DNA from: the human T2T-CHM13v2.0 reference genome, Homo sapiens
Length of the DNA: 64,000 nt
Strand: one strand, 5' to 3'
Assembly (NCBI RefSeq): GCF_009914755.1
Contig: NC_060931.1
Of this stretch, positions 61,721 through 64,000 are shown in pieces. Position 1 is the first letter of the stretch; every line of letters starts with the position of its first letter. The translations under genes were made by a program, and so were the position numbers. The notes beneath the pieces are model-generated. The model worked only from the letters and a program-made list of their open reading frames with translations. It was not told the DNA's origin and did no database searches.

Positions 61721-61970
61721 TATTGTGTTAGTCTGTGAGCTCTCTCCTGGCCAGGCCTACTGTGGCTCCTGTTCTTCCGGAGATACCAGCTGAGGGGGCA
61801 GGGGGTTGAGTTGGAGCCTTCATTACAGTGCCTTCTTAAGTTCTTTTCTCCTACCCATTTCCCTCCCTTCCCCATTTGACCCCCCAGTCATCGTCTTCTC
61901 TACTTAGTAGTCTTTATTTGTCCTCACATACACTACTGCTATGCTATGCTCTAATACATAGCATGTATTA

Positions 61971-62203
61971 GTACCTGTGGAATGACTGAGAAAATTCTGG
62001 TGGTGGTGATGGTGGTGTGTGTGTAAGCTGTGGACACAAAAATAAATACCTCCTATGGCCTTAAATTTCACAGTAAGGGAAAAAGAAGAATGCCGAATTC
62101 CCCAGGGGATTGTCAGTGCCAGCATGCAGTCTAATTTGCATGATTTAAATGTTACAAGGTTCATTAATTAAAACTCTTAGGAGTAAAAAAAAAAGCAGAT
62201 ACA
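61971..62203 (-). repeat. Inverted repeat, right arm (233 bp)
   Basis: Reverse complement of 60727-60960; ORF track shows the same MNLVTFKSCKLDCM...HHHHHHQNF on both strands. Confidence 0.97.
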
Positions 62204-62819
62204 AGAATTTTGTCGTACTGTAGCTGCTGCTGCTTGGAGAAGCCCCATTAATTGAATCAGGACAATGTGCCAAGCACAGTAACTGATGAAATCTTTACAC
62301 AGCCCTAAGGTGGACAATATCATTCTCTTTACAGATGAACTGAGCCTCAGAGACAAGGTCCAGTCACCAGCCCTCAAACCAGGTACTGTCCACTATGCAC
62401 TACTGTCTCTGGCTGGGAGAGAGTTTTAGGGTCAACAAACTGCCCTTATTTTCTTCTTTTCCATTTGATACTTTCTCTTCTTGTTTATATTTTTAAATAA
62501 AAGTAATGCATACATATGGTGAAAAAATGTCAAACAACACAAAATCAAAAACTCCCTTATCACCCCTGTTAACATCTATTGTCAATAATTCTTAGCTTTA
62601 GTTCTAACAACTTAAAAAATGCAAAACACACACACATAAGTTTCTAATTTACACAAAGTAATCTTATTCTGTACTGTTTTCTAAATTGCTTTCTTTCCTT
62701 TTTAATATTTGAGATTTTTTTTCTTATCAGCACTATATAAAAACCTCAAATAGTTTCCTGTCACACTGAAAATAAAATCCAAAGTCCTTACTTTGGCTAT
62801 CACAATCTGATGCTAAAAC

Positions 62820-63330
62820 TCAAAAAGATACTACAAGAAAGAAAAATTATAAGTCTGTGTCACTTACAAACATAGATGTAAAATTCTTAAACAAAAGAGT
62901 AGTAAACCAAACCTAGCAATATGTAAAAGGGATAATACATCACAACCAAGTTGGGTTCATTCCAGGAATTGCAATGTTAATTTAACATTCAGAAATCTGT
63001 CTATGTAATCCACACATTAATAAAGGGAAAAAAACATGATCATCTTGTAGAGAAAGCCATTTGATAAAATTAAACACATTCATGATAAAAATAGGAATAG
63101 AAAAGAATTTCCCTAACTGATAAAGGGAAACTACAAAATCTATGGTGTTAGAGGTCAGGATAGTGGTTGTTTCTCCATAAAGGGCAAGAGGGGGACTTCT
63201 GGTAGTAATGGCTGTTTCTTGATTTGGTTGCCTGAGTGTCATTGCTTTGTGATAATTAAACTATACACATATGAGTTGTACACTTTAGAGTATGTGTATC
63301 ATACTTAATTTTAAAAGTTTGTAAAAAAAA
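62820..63330 (+). mobile_element. Old L1M fragments
   Basis: catagatgtaaaattcttaaacaaaa...caagttgggttcattccaggaat RT remnant, then 3' UTR-like sequence. Confidence 0.75.
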
Positions 63331-63390
63331 ATGGGGCAGCTGCTGTGGCTGCTTCTGCAAAATCTAAGCACTGGTCTATATGCTGCAGCC

Positions 63391-63808
63391 ATGTCCTACT
63401 GCCAGCAGGAAGGGAAGGATGGAATCATATTTGTGACCAAAGATGACCACAAAACTCCAAGCAATGTAGAGCTGGTGGCTGATGACCCCAACAATCCATA
63501 CACAGCATGGATTGATGCTGCCAAATGAAGACATTAACTGGAACTGCTCGTGCCCTGGGGGAATGGCCAGTGGCCCCTGTGGGGAACAGTTCAAGTTGGC
63601 CTTTTTCTGCTTCCACTATAGTGCAGAGGATCTCAAGGGGAAAGACTGTGTAGATGAATTCCGGGTCATGCAGGAATGCATGTAGAAACACCTGGACCTC
63701 TATCCCCAAGAGGATGAGGAGGAAGAAGAGGAGAAGTCAGCAGAACATATAGAAGAAACTGCTCCCACTGAGGCCACTGCAACCAAAGAAGAGGTGCGGA
63801 CAAGTTAA
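63391..63808 (+). pseudogene. CHCHD4: CHCHD4 (MIA40) processed pseudogene
   Basis: Intronless [20 protein letters not shown]...DDPNNPY, frameshift ~63500, [30 protein letters not shown]...[13 protein letters not shown], acidic tail to TAA; catalytic CPC reads CSC; premature TAG 63683-63685. Confidence 0.95.
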
Positions 63809-63890
63809 TGAAGTCCACAAGGCACCGGGCTCCAGTCCTTCTACTACAGAGTGATACAGGCCTTTTGCACAGTGCCTTTCAGTCACCTCC

Positions 63891-64000
63891 TATTGGGAGA
63901 ACCCGCCCCCAATATTTGAAAGTAGGTTCTATTTTCCGTAAGTGTCGGCTGGCTGAGAAATAAACAGAAAGAGTACAAAGACAGGAATTTAACAACTGTG
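63891..64000 (-). mobile_element. MER11-like LTR (HML-8), 3' end, runs off the window
   Basis: tattgggagaacccgcccccaatatttgaaagtaggttctattttcc...gagaaataaa...gagtacaaaga matches my recall of reverse MER11. Confidence 0.75.

Overview
Primate, almost certainly human, genomic DNA. I recognise it from recall, not a database search, as the ANKIB1 - TMBIM7P interval on 7q21.2. The + strand carries the last nine coding exons and long 3' UTR of the RBR E3 ligase ANKIB1, preceded by an intronic full-length, decayed L1PA element. The - strand (34.2-54.7 kb) carries a nine-exon TMBIM/Bax-inhibitor-1-family gene (TMBIM7P). Its exons splice into a 303-codon frame with every GT-AG junction intact and only two visible lesions: TTG at the apparent start and one TAG. 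The window ends in a CHCHD4/MIA40 processed pseudogene cut by a MER11-like LTR. The rest is Alu/L1/MIR/LTR-rich. Structure not explained by the annotation includes a ~234-bp, ~97% identical inverted duplication around a 1-kb spacer with short palindromes at two junctions, a tailless 5S rRNA retrocopy with a 22-bp target-site duplication (TSD), a 47-bp fold-back duplication inside an L1, an ERV primer-binding site for tRNA-Ser, a near-consensus CTCF site and an in-frame alternative splice donor in ANKIB1. Repeat family names and most repeat boundaries were assigned by eye and are approximate.
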